64,000 bases of DNA, taken from Bacteroidales bacterium (GTDB lineage Bacteria; Bacteroidota; Bacteroidia; Bacteroidales; WCHB1-69). Shown in pieces: positions 1-9,689 of the stretch. The stretch is taken from NCBI GenBank assembly GCA_045598105.1, contig JAZLLK010000007.1, positions 10,981 to 74,980 of the forward strand. Direction: 5' to 3'. The position numbers and the translations under genes are program-made. The notes beneath the pieces were generated by a model, which was given only the letters and a program-made list of their open reading frames with translations, was not told the origin of the DNA and ran no database searches. How positions within the stretch are numbered: position 1 is the stretch's first letter; each line of letters begins with the position of its first letter.

Positions 1-1798
1 TTTTAAGGCCTCAAAGTTTGATGAGCAAAAATATGAGGCCGACAAGCTTGCATTGGTGAAAAAAATGAATGAATTGGGGTATAGAGATGCCTATATTAAG
101 TATGATAGCGTTTACCTTATTAATGACAGGGAAATGAATATAGATATAGAAGTGGAAGAGGGTAAAAAATATTACTTTCGTAATATCACCTGGGTGGGTA
201 ATACCAAGTATTCCGATGAGGTGTTATCCAAAATATTGGCCATTAATAAAGGCGACGTGTATAATACCGCCCTGCTGGAACAAAATCTTAATATGGGGCA
301 GGATAATGCCGATGTAAGCTCTCTCTATTTAGATGACGGTTACCTGTTCTATTATGCTTTACCGGTAGAAATACTGGTGGAAGACGATTCGGTGGATGTG
401 GAAATACGTATACGTGAAGGCATACAGGCTCATATCAATAAGGTTACCGTGTCGGGCAATACCCGTACTTCCGATAATGTAATATTGCGTGAGTTGGCTA
501 CTATGCCCGGCAATGTATTCTCCCGCTCCGATATTATACGTTCTCAGCGACAATTGCTGTCCTTAGGCTATTTTAATCAGGAAAATATGAACGTAATACC
601 TAAGGCCGATGAAAAGAGCGGTACGGTGGATTTGGAATATGTGGTAGAAGAGTCCACATCTGACCAATTGGAACTGTCAGTAGGCTGGGGAGCTAAGGTG
701 TTCTACGGCTCGGTGGGCTTGTCATTTAATAATTTTTCTACCCGTAAGTTGTTCAAAAAAGATGCCTGGGCACCTATACCCAGCGGTGACGGACAAAGCG
801 TGTCATTCAGAGTGCAGGTATATTCCAATTATTCCCAATACTATGCTTTCAGTTTTACCGAACCATGGGTGGGCGGCAAAAAACCTATTGCACTCAACTT
901 TGGTATATCACATAGCCGTGTGGCCAGCTATGGCAGGGCTACTACCGATGCCGATTATTATCGTTTTGATTTTACCCAAGTATCATTGGGTGAGTCCCAT
1001 AGGTTAAAACTTCCCGATGATTATTTTTACATGTCCAATACTTTGTCATATCAGCAGTATTATGTGGATAATTATCCTTATTTTGTGCTGGATTCGGGTC
1101 GTTGTAATGCCTTTAGTTACACCTTTACCTTGGGTAGAAACTCTTTAGATGCTCCTATATATCCCCGTACGGGTTCCGAAATGCTGTTTAGCGTGCAGCT
1201 TACTCCGCCCTATTCCTTAATGAACCATAAAAACTACAGCGATATTTCCGATATGGAACGCTATAAATGGCTGGAATATCACAAATGGAAATTCAATGTA
1301 TCACAATATGTGAACATAGTGGAAAATTTGGTGCTGAGTGTAAGGGCTAAATTCGGATTTTTGGGTAGTTTTAATAAGGCTACGGGTATTACCCCGTTTG
1401 AGCGATTTTATATGGGCGGTAGTGGTATGACCACCAGTTACATGTATGATAGCCGCGAAATAGTGAGTATGCGCGGTTATACTGACGAATCACTCGCTCC
1501 GGAGGGCGGTGGGGTAATATACCAAAAATTTACCTTGGAGTTGCGTTATCCTATCACGCTTAATCCGTCAGCTACCATATTCCTGCTCGGATTTGTGGAG
1601 GCAGGTAATTGTTGGGAATCGTTTCAAGCGTACCAGCCTTTTAAAATGTATCGTTCTGCCGGTGTGGGCGTAAGAGTGTATTTGCCTATGTTCGGATTGT
1701 TAGGTCTGGATTGGGGCTACGGATTTGATAGTGTACCGGGTAATGCCGATGCCAATAAGTCTCAATTCCACTTCTCCATAGGGCGTTCTATAGATTAG
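1..1798 (+). CDS. bamA: Outer membrane protein assembly factor BamA (5' partial, continues upstream of window)
   Basis: The frame of ORF 53..1798 is open from nt 2, so the gene enters from the window edge. It has POTRA-like repeats followed by a large beta-barrel ending QFHFSIGRSID. An OmpH/Skp gene follows directly, as in Bacteroidota bamA loci. Confidence 0.9.
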   Translation, partial: FKASKFDEQKYEADKLALVKKMNELGYRDAYIKYDSVYLINDREMNIDIEVEEGKKYYFRNITWVGNTKYSDEVLSKILAINKGDVYNTALLEQNLNMGQDNADVSSLYLDDGYLFYYALPVEILVEDDSVDVEIRIREGIQAHINKVTVSGNTRTSDNVILRELATMPGNVFSRSDIIRSQRQLLSLGYFNQENMNVIPKADEKSGTVDLEYVVEESTSDQLELSVGWGAKVFYGSVGLSFNNFSTRKLFKKDAWAPIPSGDGQSVSFRVQVYSNYSQYYAFSFTEPWVGGKKPIALNFGISHSRVASYGRATTDADYYRFDFTQVSLGESHRLKLPDDYFYMSNTLSYQQYYVDNYPYFVLDSGRCNAFSYTFTLGRNSLDAPIYPRTGSEMLFSVQLTPPYSLMNHKNYSDISDMERYKWLEYHKWKFNVSQYVNIVENLVLSVRAKFGFLGSFNKATGITPFERFYMGGSGMTTSYMYDSREIVSMRGYTDESLAPEGGGVIYQKFTLELRYPITLNPSATIFLLGFVEAGNCWESFQAYQPFKMYRSAGVGVRVYLPMFGLLGLDWGYGFDSVPGNADANKSQFHFSIGRSID

Positions 1799-1826
1799 AG
1801 TATTAACTTTTTAAAAAAATATAAAT

Positions 1827-2360
1827 ATGATGAAGAAATTATTGTTGATTTCATTACTTGTATTAAGTGTGGGTGCATACGCACAAAAATATGCTTATAT
1901 TGATTCCGAATACATATTGAGCAATATGCCCAGTTATGTGGAAGCCCAGGCCGAATTAGACCGTTTGAGTGTGAATTGGCAAAAAGAAATAGAAGCCAAA
2001 TTCAAAGAAATAGACGATATGTATCGTAAATATCAGCAAGATGCCGTGCTTCTTCCTGAAGATGCCAAGGTAAAACGTCAAAACGAAATAATTAATGCCG
2101 AAAGCGAAGCTAAGGAATTGCAAAAGAAACGTTTTGGTACCGACGGCGACCTGTATAAAAAGCGTGAAGAGTTAATAAAACCCATACAAGACAGAGTGTT
2201 TACTGCTATAGAAGAATATGCCAGAGAACGGGCTTATGCCTTTGTATTTGATAAGGCCGGCGATATGACTATAGTATATGCCGACAGTAAATATGATATT
2301 AATGATGCCATATTGGCTAAATTAGGCGTGGTAGCCGGAGGTAAAGACGATACCAAATAG
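1827..2360 (+). CDS. ompH: OmpH/Skp-family periplasmic chaperone
   Basis: Signal peptide MMKKLLLISLLVLSVGAYAQ. The 177-aa K/E-rich body looks coiled-coil. It lies immediately downstream of bamA. Confidence 0.85.
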   Translation: MMKKLLLISLLVLSVGAYAQKYAYIDSEYILSNMPSYVEAQAELDRLSVNWQKEIEAKFKEIDDMYRKYQQDAVLLPEDAKVKRQNEIINAESEAKELQKKRFGTDGDLYKKREELIKPIQDRVFTAIEEYARERAYAFVFDKAGDMTIVYADSKYDINDAILAKLGVVAGGKDDTK

Positions 2361-2378
2361 GCTAACAGGTGAATAATA

Positions 2379-2409
2379 AAAAAAAACGGCATACAATGCC
2401 GTTTTTTTT
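2379..2409. terminator. Rho-independent terminator after ompH (A-run/stem/T-run, bidirectional shape)
   Basis: Stem ACGGCAT (2386-2392) pairs with ATGCCGT (2396-2402) around a 3-nt loop. A T8 run follows and an A-run precedes. Confidence 0.8.
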
Positions 2410-2503
2410 ATGTTTTTTAGTATATAATATATGCAAAAAAACGATAAATGTAAAAAATGAATAGTTTTATATAAAACTTCGGGGCTAATGAGTGTAGTAG
2501 TAT

Positions 2504-2899
2504 TTATTGCAACTGTAGCTTGTTACGATGTATAAGGCAATAGCAGGGTATGCCCAGCAGTGTCCCCAATATGTCAGCATACCAGTCAAACATATTGCCG
2601 TCACGTTTCACAAAGGGTAAATGCTGAAACCATTCGGTGAAGGCACCATAACCTACACTAATAAAAAATATAATAATCAGGTGGCTATATGCAAGCTTAT
2701 AGTTACGGTATCGGCATACGTCGGTAAGCATGGCATAGCAGAATCCGCCAAAGAACAGCAGATGGCTCACTTTGTCCCATTGTAACCACTCACTAAAAGT
2801 GGGCACGGGAGGAATTATGGTTCCGGGTATAGCTATGAGTATAAATATGCCTATAACGCATATAAGGGAGTAGCGGTATTGTTGTATTAAACTAGCCAT
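2504..2899 (-). CDS. VanZ-like small membrane protein
   Basis: 131 aa with four hydrophobic segments. The motifs GYGAFTEWFQ and DWYADILGTLLG resemble the VanZ family. It sits downstream of gcvH. Confidence 0.6.
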   Translation of the reverse strand: MASLIQQYRYSLICVIGIFILIAIPGTIIPPVPTFSEWLQWDKVSHLLFFGGFCYAMLTDVCRYRNYKLAYSHLIIIFFISVGYGAFTEWFQHLPFVKRDGNMFDWYADILGTLLGIPCYCLIHRNKLQLQ

Positions 2900-2911
2900 A
2901 AGGTATAAGTA

Positions 2912-2940
2912 TAAAAAAATAGGGAGTAATTACTCCCTAT
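2912..2940 (-). terminator. Rho-independent terminator of gcvH
   Basis: Perfect palindrome TAGGGAGTAATTACTCCCTA (2920-2939). On the minus strand it is followed by a T7 run (plus-strand A-run 2912-2918). Confidence 0.8.
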
Positions 2941-2962
2941 TTATATGTGAACTGTTGGCGAA

Positions 2963-3343
2963 TTATAAACCAATTTTTTCGCGATATTGAGCGGCAGTTA
3001 ATAAGTCGTTCAATTCAGCGGGATTGTTCATTTTAACTTTTATTATCCAACCCTGATCGTAAGGATTAGTATTAATTAATGCAGGATTACCTTCCAATTC
3101 AGCATTGAATTCCATTACTTCACCGGTTACGGGCATGAGTAAGTCTGCAACAGTTTTAACGGCTTCTATAGAACCAAAAACTTCTTCTTTGTCCAAGGTG
3201 CTTCCTTCGCAAGTAACGTCAACAAATACTATGTCGCCCAATTCGTGTTGAGCATAGTCAGTAATACCTACGTATGCAACATCACCATCCACTCTTATCC
3301 ATTCATCGTCTTGAGTGTACTTTAAGTTTTCTAAAATTTCCAT
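2963..3343 (-). CDS. gcvH: Glycine cleavage system protein H
   Basis: 126 aa. The lipoyl-lysine context [11 protein letters not shown] and the motif [17 protein letters not shown] are typical of GcvH. Confidence 0.95.
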   Translation of the reverse strand: MEILENLKYTQDDEWIRVDGDVAYVGITDYAQHELGDIVFVDVTCEGSTLDKEEVFGSIEAVKTVADLLMPVTGEVMEFNAELEGNPALINTNPYDQGWIIKVKMNNPAELNDLLTAAQYREKIGL

Positions 3344-3424
3344 TTATGTAATTTTTTAATATTATTAATTCTATTATGTGTATCAGCAAGTTAGCGTATT
3401 ATGCGGACTGCTGTTTACTTTCGG

Positions 3425-3432
3425 CAAAGGTA
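3425..3432 (-). promoter_or_regulatory. Bacteroidota -7 promoter motif (TACCTTTG) for gcvH
   Basis: Exact TAnnTTTG match on the minus strand, about 80 nt upstream of the gcvH ATG, with an A/T tract upstream. Confidence 0.55.
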
Positions 3433-3482
3433 TAATTTTTTTTTAATTTTTTTGTCTGTAAGGCAATATTTTTCCATAAAAT

Positions 3483-4064
3483 TTATATAGTAGCTGTAAT
3501 TTGGGCATGAATTTGCAATATTTGAGGAATAAGCAACCTGTTTTCATCATTGTATGCTACGTATTTGCATAGCTTTACAGCCTGAGGTGTTATGCATTGT
3601 TTTTGCAGGCGTTGTTCTATTTCCTGCCGACTCCAGCCATTGCGATATTGTACGCGGTTGTATAGTTCCTCCTTAGGCGTGTGCACCAGTATAATATCGT
3701 CAAACCATTGGTGTATATCCGATTGAAACAATATGGCCGATTCAAACAGCAAATAAGGGCTTCGTTGCAGAGTGCACCATTGCTGAAAATGTTGGCGTAT
3801 GTAAGGGTGTATAATGGCATTTACCATGGCCAGCTTTTCCGGTTGGGAAAATATTATGTTGGCCAAAAGCTCCTTTTGTAGTATTCCGTTTCTAAACACA
3901 TCAGTGTGTAAAGCCTTGGTGATTTGCTGCTGTATGTGCGGGTTAAGGTAGGCGTTTTTAGCGTGATAATCACTATAATACACCGGTATGCCCAAGTGCT
4001 CAAATATTTGGCAGGCGGTGGTTTTGCCTGACCCTATGTAGCCGGTAATGCCTATGAGTTTCAT
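3483..4064 (-). CDS. coaE: Dephospho-CoA kinase
   Basis: MKLIGITGYIGSGKTT P-loop at the N-terminus. I moved the start from the ORF-track 4103 to 4064 because a TAnnTTTG promoter motif lies inside the longer ORF. Confidence 0.85.
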   Translation of the reverse strand: MKLIGITGYIGSGKTTACQIFEHLGIPVYYSDYHAKNAYLNPHIQQQITKALHTDVFRNGILQKELLANIIFSQPEKLAMVNAIIHPYIRQHFQQWCTLQRSPYLLFESAILFQSDIHQWFDDIILVHTPKEELYNRVQYRNGWSRQEIEQRLQKQCITPQAVKLCKYVAYNDENRLLIPQILQIHAQITATI

Positions 4065-4069
4065 ATAGG

Positions 4070-4077
4070 CAAAAGTA
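4070..4077 (-). promoter_or_regulatory. -7 promoter motif (TACTTTTG) only 5 nt upstream of coaE ATG
   Basis: The minus strand reads aaaaaaaactgcTACTTTTGcctatATG. This implies a leaderless or near-leaderless mRNA. Confidence 0.55.
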
Positions 4078-4212
4078 GCAGTTTTTTTTAAATATATAGA
4101 CATGTATGTTTATATAAATAATATGTAATATTTAAATGCTTGATTTTAAATGATTTGTGTTTTATGCAAACAAATTTATTTCGTTTTGGCGTTCTAATTC
4201 ACATATATATTG

Positions 4213-4220
4213 TACTTTTG
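4213..4220 (+). promoter_or_regulatory. -7 promoter motif (TACTTTTG) for the 4264 outer-membrane protein gene
   Basis: Exact TAnnTTTG match 43 nt upstream of ATG 4264. It lies inside the ORF-track N-terminal extension (4210), which is therefore rejected. Confidence 0.55.
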
Positions 4221-4263
4221 TACATTGGTTGTGCTTATACTTAAGCCGACTATATTATATAAA

Positions 4264-5949
4264 ATGAAGGTAGTAAAATATATTTCAATAATAAGTATCA
4301 TATTGCTTTGCTTGTGTGCGTTACCTTGTTATACGGCGCAGGCACAGGATAATCCCCTACACATTTCACATAAAAGTGTGTATGCGTTTTTAGACGAAAT
4401 GGCTTCGTTACATATAATAGATATTAATGCGGCCATTAAGCCTTATAGCCGTGAGTATGTGTTGAAGCAGTTGCTGGAAGTTCAGCACCATAGTGAAGAG
4501 CTGAATACGGTACAGCAAAGGGAATTGGCTTTTCACCTGCTGGAATTCAATGTGGAGAATAATGCCGATAAGTCCTGCTATAAATTGAATGCCTTTAAGG
4601 AACATCCGCATGTAAACCTGTGCTTATATCCTTTGGGATTGTATTATAATAACAAATGGTTTAAGGTATCGGTAAAGCCTATATGGGGCATAGAATATTA
4701 TATAGCCGGCAGGCAAAAGGAGCAAATGATGTATCGCTATTGGGGCGGTGGTGAAATGGTGGGCTATATAGGTAAACATGTAGGTTTTTATGCCAATTTT
4801 ACCGATAATTCCCAGTCGCAACCTATGAGTACTCCTCAAAAACTTACCCAAATGCAGGGCGCCATACTTAAAGGACAAACACTCAGCACCGATTATTTCA
4901 ATGTGCGTGGGGGTATTACCTTTTCATGGAAATGGGGTTCTATAGGCCTTATTAAAGATAATATAGCTTGGGGCAGTGCTCATAACGGATCTAATATATT
5001 TTCGGGGCGTACCCAGCCTTATGTAATGATTAAGTTGCGGCTGTCACCGGTACAATGGTTTGAATATAACTATTTTAACGGTTGGTTGGCATCCGATATC
5101 ATTGACAGTTCGGCTACATATATAGCCCATAATAATACCCGCCGTGAGGTGATGCGAAGCAAGCTGATAGCTGCCAATATGCTTACATTCAGGCCGGTGA
5201 AGAATTTGTACCTTAATATAGGTAATTCCGTAGTATATAGTGATATGGGGTTCCAAATGCAGTACATAGTGCCTTTTATGTTCTATAAAGGGGTGGACGA
5301 TAACTATAATGCTACCAGCAATACTGCAGGGCATAATACCCAAATGTTCTTTGACATTAGCAGCCGTAATGTTAAGTATTTGCATTTATATGCCTCATTA
5401 TTTGTAGATGAACTATCGTTTTCCCGTATGTTTGATAAGCAAAAACAATCAAACTATGTGAGTGGTAAAATAGGTGCCTGTTTTAGCGGATTGCCTAAAA
5501 CATTTTCATTTACTGTAGAATACACACGTACGCATCCTAATGTTTACCAGCATTTTATGCCGGCTGTTACCTTTGCATCGGGTAGCGTTAATTTAGGCCA
5601 TTATTTAGGTAGCAATGCCGATGAAATATTTGTGGAGGCCGCTTACAGGCCGGTGCAGCGTTTGCACCTGAGTGCTTCATATACCTATATGCGTAAGGGT
5701 ACCGATTATGTATATGGTGTGGGTGAGCCATGGGGGTTGCCCTGTATGGATAATATTATATATGCTAATCATGTGGTAGCCCTTAAGGCCGAGTGGGAGT
5801 TTATGAACAATAATTTTATATATGCTCATGCCTATGTGTACAAAGTACGCGGCGAAGATGGCCTGGTAGAAAAGTACAATCCTGCCTATATGCAAAAAAC
5901 TTCCGGTGTGCCGCTTACCTTTATGATGGGCTTCAATTTCGGTTTTTAG
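4264..5949 (+). CDS. Uncharacterised outer-membrane beta-barrel protein
   Basis: The start MKVVKYISIISIILLCLCALPCYTAQA is a signal peptide. The body has an aromatic-rich alternating pattern and ends with the C-terminal OMP signature MMGFNFGF. The family was not recognised with certainty. Confidence 0.6.
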   Translation: MKVVKYISIISIILLCLCALPCYTAQAQDNPLHISHKSVYAFLDEMASLHIIDINAAIKPYSREYVLKQLLEVQHHSEELNTVQQRELAFHLLEFNVENNADKSCYKLNAFKEHPHVNLCLYPLGLYYNNKWFKVSVKPIWGIEYYIAGRQKEQMMYRYWGGGEMVGYIGKHVGFYANFTDNSQSQPMSTPQKLTQMQGAILKGQTLSTDYFNVRGGITFSWKWGSIGLIKDNIAWGSAHNGSNIFSGRTQPYVMIKLRLSPVQWFEYNYFNGWLASDIIDSSATYIAHNNTRREVMRSKLIAANMLTFRPVKNLYLNIGNSVVYSDMGFQMQYIVPFMFYKGVDDNYNATSNTAGHNTQMFFDISSRNVKYLHLYASLFVDELSFSRMFDKQKQSNYVSGKIGACFSGLPKTFSFTVEYTRTHPNVYQHFMPAVTFASGSVNLGHYLGSNADEIFVEAAYRPVQRLHLSASYTYMRKGTDYVYGVGEPWGLPCMDNIIYANHVVALKAEWEFMNNNFIYAHAYVYKVRGEDGLVEKYNPAYMQKTSGVPLTFMMGFNFGF

Positions 5950-7568
5950 TCTTTATTTACCCATTGCCCTTCCTGTTTAATAAGAGTTACCAGCTCTTGA
6001 GCAGCTTCGTATTGTGGAATGTTACGCTTTATGGGTGTGTGCCCTTTGTATAGGGTAACCATATTGTTGCCCGAGCCCACCACGCCGTAGTCGGCATCGG
6101 CCATTTCGCCCGGACCATTTACTATGCAGCCCATAATACCTATTTTTAAGCCTTTCAGGTGGCCAGTAGCTTCTTTTACCTGTGCTGCCACCTGCTCTAT
6201 TTGGTATTGGGTACGTCCGCATGAGGGACAGGATATGAATTCGGCACGGCTATATCGCAGCCCGCAGGCTTGCAGTATGTGTAAGCATAAATTATATATC
6301 TGTTCGGCACTAAAATGCGGGTTCTCTATCCATACACCATCTATAATACCATCCATGCCTAAGGCGGCTATATCGGCTGTGGCATGTGCATAAAAGTGCT
6401 CCCATGATGATTCTTCATAGGTGTGCCTGTATAGTATCGGCTGTTCATTGTTTACCGCCAAAGCTCTAAGTGAGGTAATAAAATTTTGTCCGCATTCGGC
6501 CACTATAATATGCTCTACGGGCAGCTCCTGCGGATGCATGTCATAGCCTTCTATGCCTTCATAGGTACTTACTATTACAGGCCGCTCGCTTCCACCTATT
6601 TTGCCACAGGCTAAGGTAGCACGCTTACTATATACGTATGGATTGTAGCATATATTGTGCTCTTCTGTGCTTTCGGTAGCGGGCGTGTGCCTGTTTATGT
6701 GTGCCAATATGCGGGCAAATGTCAACTCGTTTTCAGGTTTTTCGGTGAGGGATACTCTTATGGTATCACCTATGCCGTCATGCAGCAGGCTGGCTATGCC
6801 GGCTGCCGATTTAATGCGGCCGTATTCACCGTTACCGGCTTCGGTTACGCCTAAATGCAATGGGTAATTCCACCCTTTTTCATTAAGCATACTCACCAAA
6901 TATCGTACCGATTCCACCATGATGCGGGTGTCGCTGGCTTTCATGGATAATACCAGATTGTTGAACCCGAAATCATGACAGATATTTACAAATTCCATGG
7001 CTGATACCGCCATGCCCAGCGGAGAATTGCCATATCGGCTTACTATACGGTCACATAGTGAACCGTGATTGGTGCCTATGCGTATGGCTGTGCCATATTC
7101 CTGACATATTTTTAGCAATGGTATAAGCCTGTCAGCTATACGCTCTATTTCCAAAGCGTACTCTTCATTGGTGTAGGTAAGCTGCTTAAATAAGCGCTTG
7201 TCTACATAATTGCCGGGGTTAATGCGTACTTTTTCCACTATGTGTGCCGCCACTTCGGCGACCTTGGGGTTAAAATGCACATCTGCAATAAGGGGTACAT
7301 GATACCCTGCCTGCCGTAATCCCGCTTGTATGTTCTTCAAATTCTCCGCCTCAGATATGCCCGGAGCCGTAATGCGTACCAATTCACACCCCTCGTTAAT
7401 CATACGTATGCTTTGCTCCACGCAAGCTCGTGTGTCCATGGTGTTTACATTGGTCATGGATTGTACGCGTATGGGATTGTTACCGCCTATGCCTACATTT
7501 CCCACCTTCACTTCCAGTGTGTTACGCCTGCGGTAGGAAAACATGTGTTGTGTATATTCCAATTGCAT
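5946..7568 (-). CDS. ispG: 4-hydroxy-3-methylbut-2-en-1-yl diphosphate synthase, long form with insert domain
   Basis: IRVQSMTNVNT, the TIM-barrel A domain, and the C-terminal 4Fe-4S domain CPSCGRT ... GCIVNGPGE are present. The start is set at M12 (7568; M20 at 7544 is also possible) because the motif TACCTTTG occupies codons 2-4 of the ORF-track start. Confidence 0.93.
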   Translation of the reverse strand: MQLEYTQHMFSYRRRNTLEVKVGNVGIGGNNPIRVQSMTNVNTMDTRACVEQSIRMINEGCELVRITAPGISEAENLKNIQAGLRQAGYHVPLIADVHFNPKVAEVAAHIVEKVRINPGNYVDKRLFKQLTYTNEEYALEIERIADRLIPLLKICQEYGTAIRIGTNHGSLCDRIVSRYGNSPLGMAVSAMEFVNICHDFGFNNLVLSMKASDTRIMVESVRYLVSMLNEKGWNYPLHLGVTEAGNGEYGRIKSAAGIASLLHDGIGDTIRVSLTEKPENELTFARILAHINRHTPATESTEEHNICYNPYVYSKRATLACGKIGGSERPVIVSTYEGIEGYDMHPQELPVEHIIVAECGQNFITSLRALAVNNEQPILYRHTYEESSWEHFYAHATADIAALGMDGIIDGVWIENPHFSAEQIYNLCLHILQACGLRYSRAEFISCPSCGRTQYQIEQVAAQVKEATGHLKGLKIGIMGCIVNGPGEMADADYGVVGSGNNMVTLYKGHTPIKRNIPQYEAAQELVTLIKQEGQWVNKD

Positions 7569-7589
7569 GATGTGATGATATATTTTTTG

Positions 7590-7597
7590 CAAAGGTA
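7590..7597 (-). promoter_or_regulatory. -7 promoter motif (TACCTTTG) for ispG
   Basis: Exact match 21 nt upstream of ATG 7568. Confidence 0.5.
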
Positions 7598-7758
7598 TCA
7601 TTTTTTCATGATATACGTGTATAATAGCCTTGTGCTATACGCTAACATAAAGAATATAAAATACAGGGCAGGTTATTCACATACTTATTAACAAAAAAGA
7701 ATGAAAAATATTTTTGGCATTATAAGCATTTTTAACAAAGAAAAAACAAAATAAGTGG

Positions 7759-7766
7759 TAACTTTG
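7759..7766 (+). promoter_or_regulatory. Possible -7 promoter motif (TAACTTTG) for lysS
   Basis: Exact TAnnTTTG match, but it is 198 nt upstream of the lysS ATG. Either the leader is long or this is not the real promoter. Confidence 0.35.
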
Positions 7767-7964
7767 CACCAAAAGATAATGATACTATTGCATAATGTTA
7801 AGTGCTTGTATAAAAGAGTGTTAGATATATGTTCGTCTTTTTTTTATTACAATAGGGCAGTAGTATATATTCACTTTTGCATGTACACATGTAAATAAAG
7901 CATATATCAGCCGAGGGAAGCCGAAAACAATAAGAGTAGGCACAATAAGAGGAAAAGAAATAAT

Positions 7965-9680
7965 ATGGAATTAAGTGAACAGGAAGTTATTAGAAGGGAA
8001 AAACTAAAAGATTTTGAAAAATTGGGCATTAACGCATACCCCGCAGCCGAGTATCCGGTAAATGCTACCGCAAAAGAAATATTAGAGCAATACCCGCAGG
8101 ATAATACTTTATTTCAGCAGGTGTGTGTGGCCGGGCGTATTATGAGCCAAAGGATTATGGGTGCAGCCTCGTTTTATGAATTGCAGGATGCTACAGGAAG
8201 AATACAGGTATATGCCCGTAGGGATGATTTGTGCCCCGGCGAAGATAAAACCTTATATAACAATGTGTATAAAAAGTTGGATTTAGGTGATATTATAGGC
8301 GTAAAGGGGTTTGTATTTGTTACCCAAATGGGTGAAATAACTATACATGTACAGGAATATACCCTGTTGTCAAAGTCTCTACGCCCGCTACCGGTGGTAA
8401 AACAGGCCGATGGTAAAACATTTGACGCCTTTACCGACCCTGAACAACGCTATCGTATGCGATATTTGGATTTAATAGTTAACCCGCAGGTAAAAGATAT
8501 ATTTGTACGTCGTACCAAAATTATTAATACCATACGTGAATATTATAATTCTAAAGGTTATTTGGAAGTGGAAACACCTGTGTTACAGTCTATACCTGGC
8601 GGAGCCGCAGCACGGCCTTTTGTTACTCATCATAATGCATTGGATATTCCCCTGTATTTACGTATAGCTAATGAATTGTATTTAAAAAGGTTGATAGTGG
8701 GCGGATTTGACGGTGTGTACGAATTTAGCCGTAACTTCCGTAATGAGGGCATGGACCGTACCCATAATCCCGAATTTACCTGCATGGAAGTGTATGTGGC
8801 CTATAAGGATTATAACTGGATGATGAATTCCATAGAAGAACTGCTTGAAAAAATAGCCGTTACCCTATATGGAACCACGCAGGTACAGGTGGGTGATCAT
8901 GTGATAGACTTTAAGCGTCCCTTCAAGCGTATTACCATGATAGACGCCATAAAAGAGCACACCGGTATAGATATTACCGGTATGGATGAAGCCGAGCTGA
9001 AGCAAACAGCTCAAAAGCTGGGCGTAGAAGTAAATGATACCATGGGCGTGGGTAAACTCATAGATGAAATTTTTGGCGAACAATGTGAAAAGAAATACAT
9101 ACAGCCTACCTTTATTACCGATTACCCCATAGAAATGTCTCCTTTGTGCAAGCGTCATCGTAATAATGCACAACTCACCGAGCGTTTTGAACTCATGGTG
9201 AACGGTAAGGAATTGGCCAATGCCTATTCGGAGCTGAATGATCCTATAGACCAACGCTATCGTTTTGAAGAGCAACTTCGCCTAAGCGAAAAAGGGGATG
9301 ACGAAGCCATGTATATTGATCAGGACTTCCTTCGTGCCATGGAATATGGTATGCCTCCTACCTCAGGCTTGGGTATAGGAATAGACCGCCTGGTAATGAT
9401 AATGACCAACCAGCCTTCTATACAGGATGTGTTGTTCTTCCCGCAAATGCGTCCCGAAAAACAGCCCGAAATGGCTACCGATGCCGAATTTGCCAAAGAA
9501 GGTGTGCCCGAAGTATGGATACCCGTGCTGCGTAAGGCCGGCATACACACCATAGAAGATTTAAGAGACGCCACCGATACCAAATTGTTTAATACCCTGA
9601 ACGGACTCAGAAAGAAAAATAAAATGGAAATACCTGCCCTGCAACTGGATGAGGTGAAAGCGTGGATACAGAAAAAATAA
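7965..9680 (+). CDS. lysS: Lysine--tRNA ligase (class II) with a C-terminal extension
   Basis: An OB-fold anticodon-binding N-domain and class II motifs (FRNEG, GLGIGIDRLVM) are present. About 75 extra residues follow the core. Confidence 0.95.
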   Translation: MELSEQEVIRREKLKDFEKLGINAYPAAEYPVNATAKEILEQYPQDNTLFQQVCVAGRIMSQRIMGAASFYELQDATGRIQVYARRDDLCPGEDKTLYNNVYKKLDLGDIIGVKGFVFVTQMGEITIHVQEYTLLSKSLRPLPVVKQADGKTFDAFTDPEQRYRMRYLDLIVNPQVKDIFVRRTKIINTIREYYNSKGYLEVETPVLQSIPGGAAARPFVTHHNALDIPLYLRIANELYLKRLIVGGFDGVYEFSRNFRNEGMDRTHNPEFTCMEVYVAYKDYNWMMNSIEELLEKIAVTLYGTTQVQVGDHVIDFKRPFKRITMIDAIKEHTGIDITGMDEAELKQTAQKLGVEVNDTMGVGKLIDEIFGEQCEKKYIQPTFITDYPIEMSPLCKRHRNNAQLTERFELMVNGKELANAYSELNDPIDQRYRFEEQLRLSEKGDDEAMYIDQDFLRAMEYGMPPTSGLGIGIDRLVMIMTNQPSIQDVLFFPQMRPEKQPEMATDAEFAKEGVPEVWIPVLRKAGIHTIEDLRDATDTKLFNTLNGLRKKNKMEIPALQLDEVKAWIQKK

Positions 9681-9689
9681 TTATATACT

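Noticed and set aside
4210-4263. ORF-track N-terminal extensions: 4210, 4103, 7601, 15602, 20510, 24022, 26506, 28693, 32003, 34287, 37535, 42420, 46603, 53158, 58745 and 62165.
   Set aside because: In each case one or more of the following holds. A TAnnTTTG promoter motif lies inside the extension. The extension overlaps the upstream gene. A conserved N-terminus, signal peptide or lipobox begins at an internal Met. Starts were moved accordingly.
7602-7964. A 363-bp ispG/lysS divergent region considered as a riboswitch or T-box-type leader for lysS.
   Set aside because: I could not recognise a lysine-riboswitch or T-box core sequence. Only a distant promoter motif and short palindromes are present. 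It is left as an ordinary divergent promoter region with low-confidence promoter assignment.
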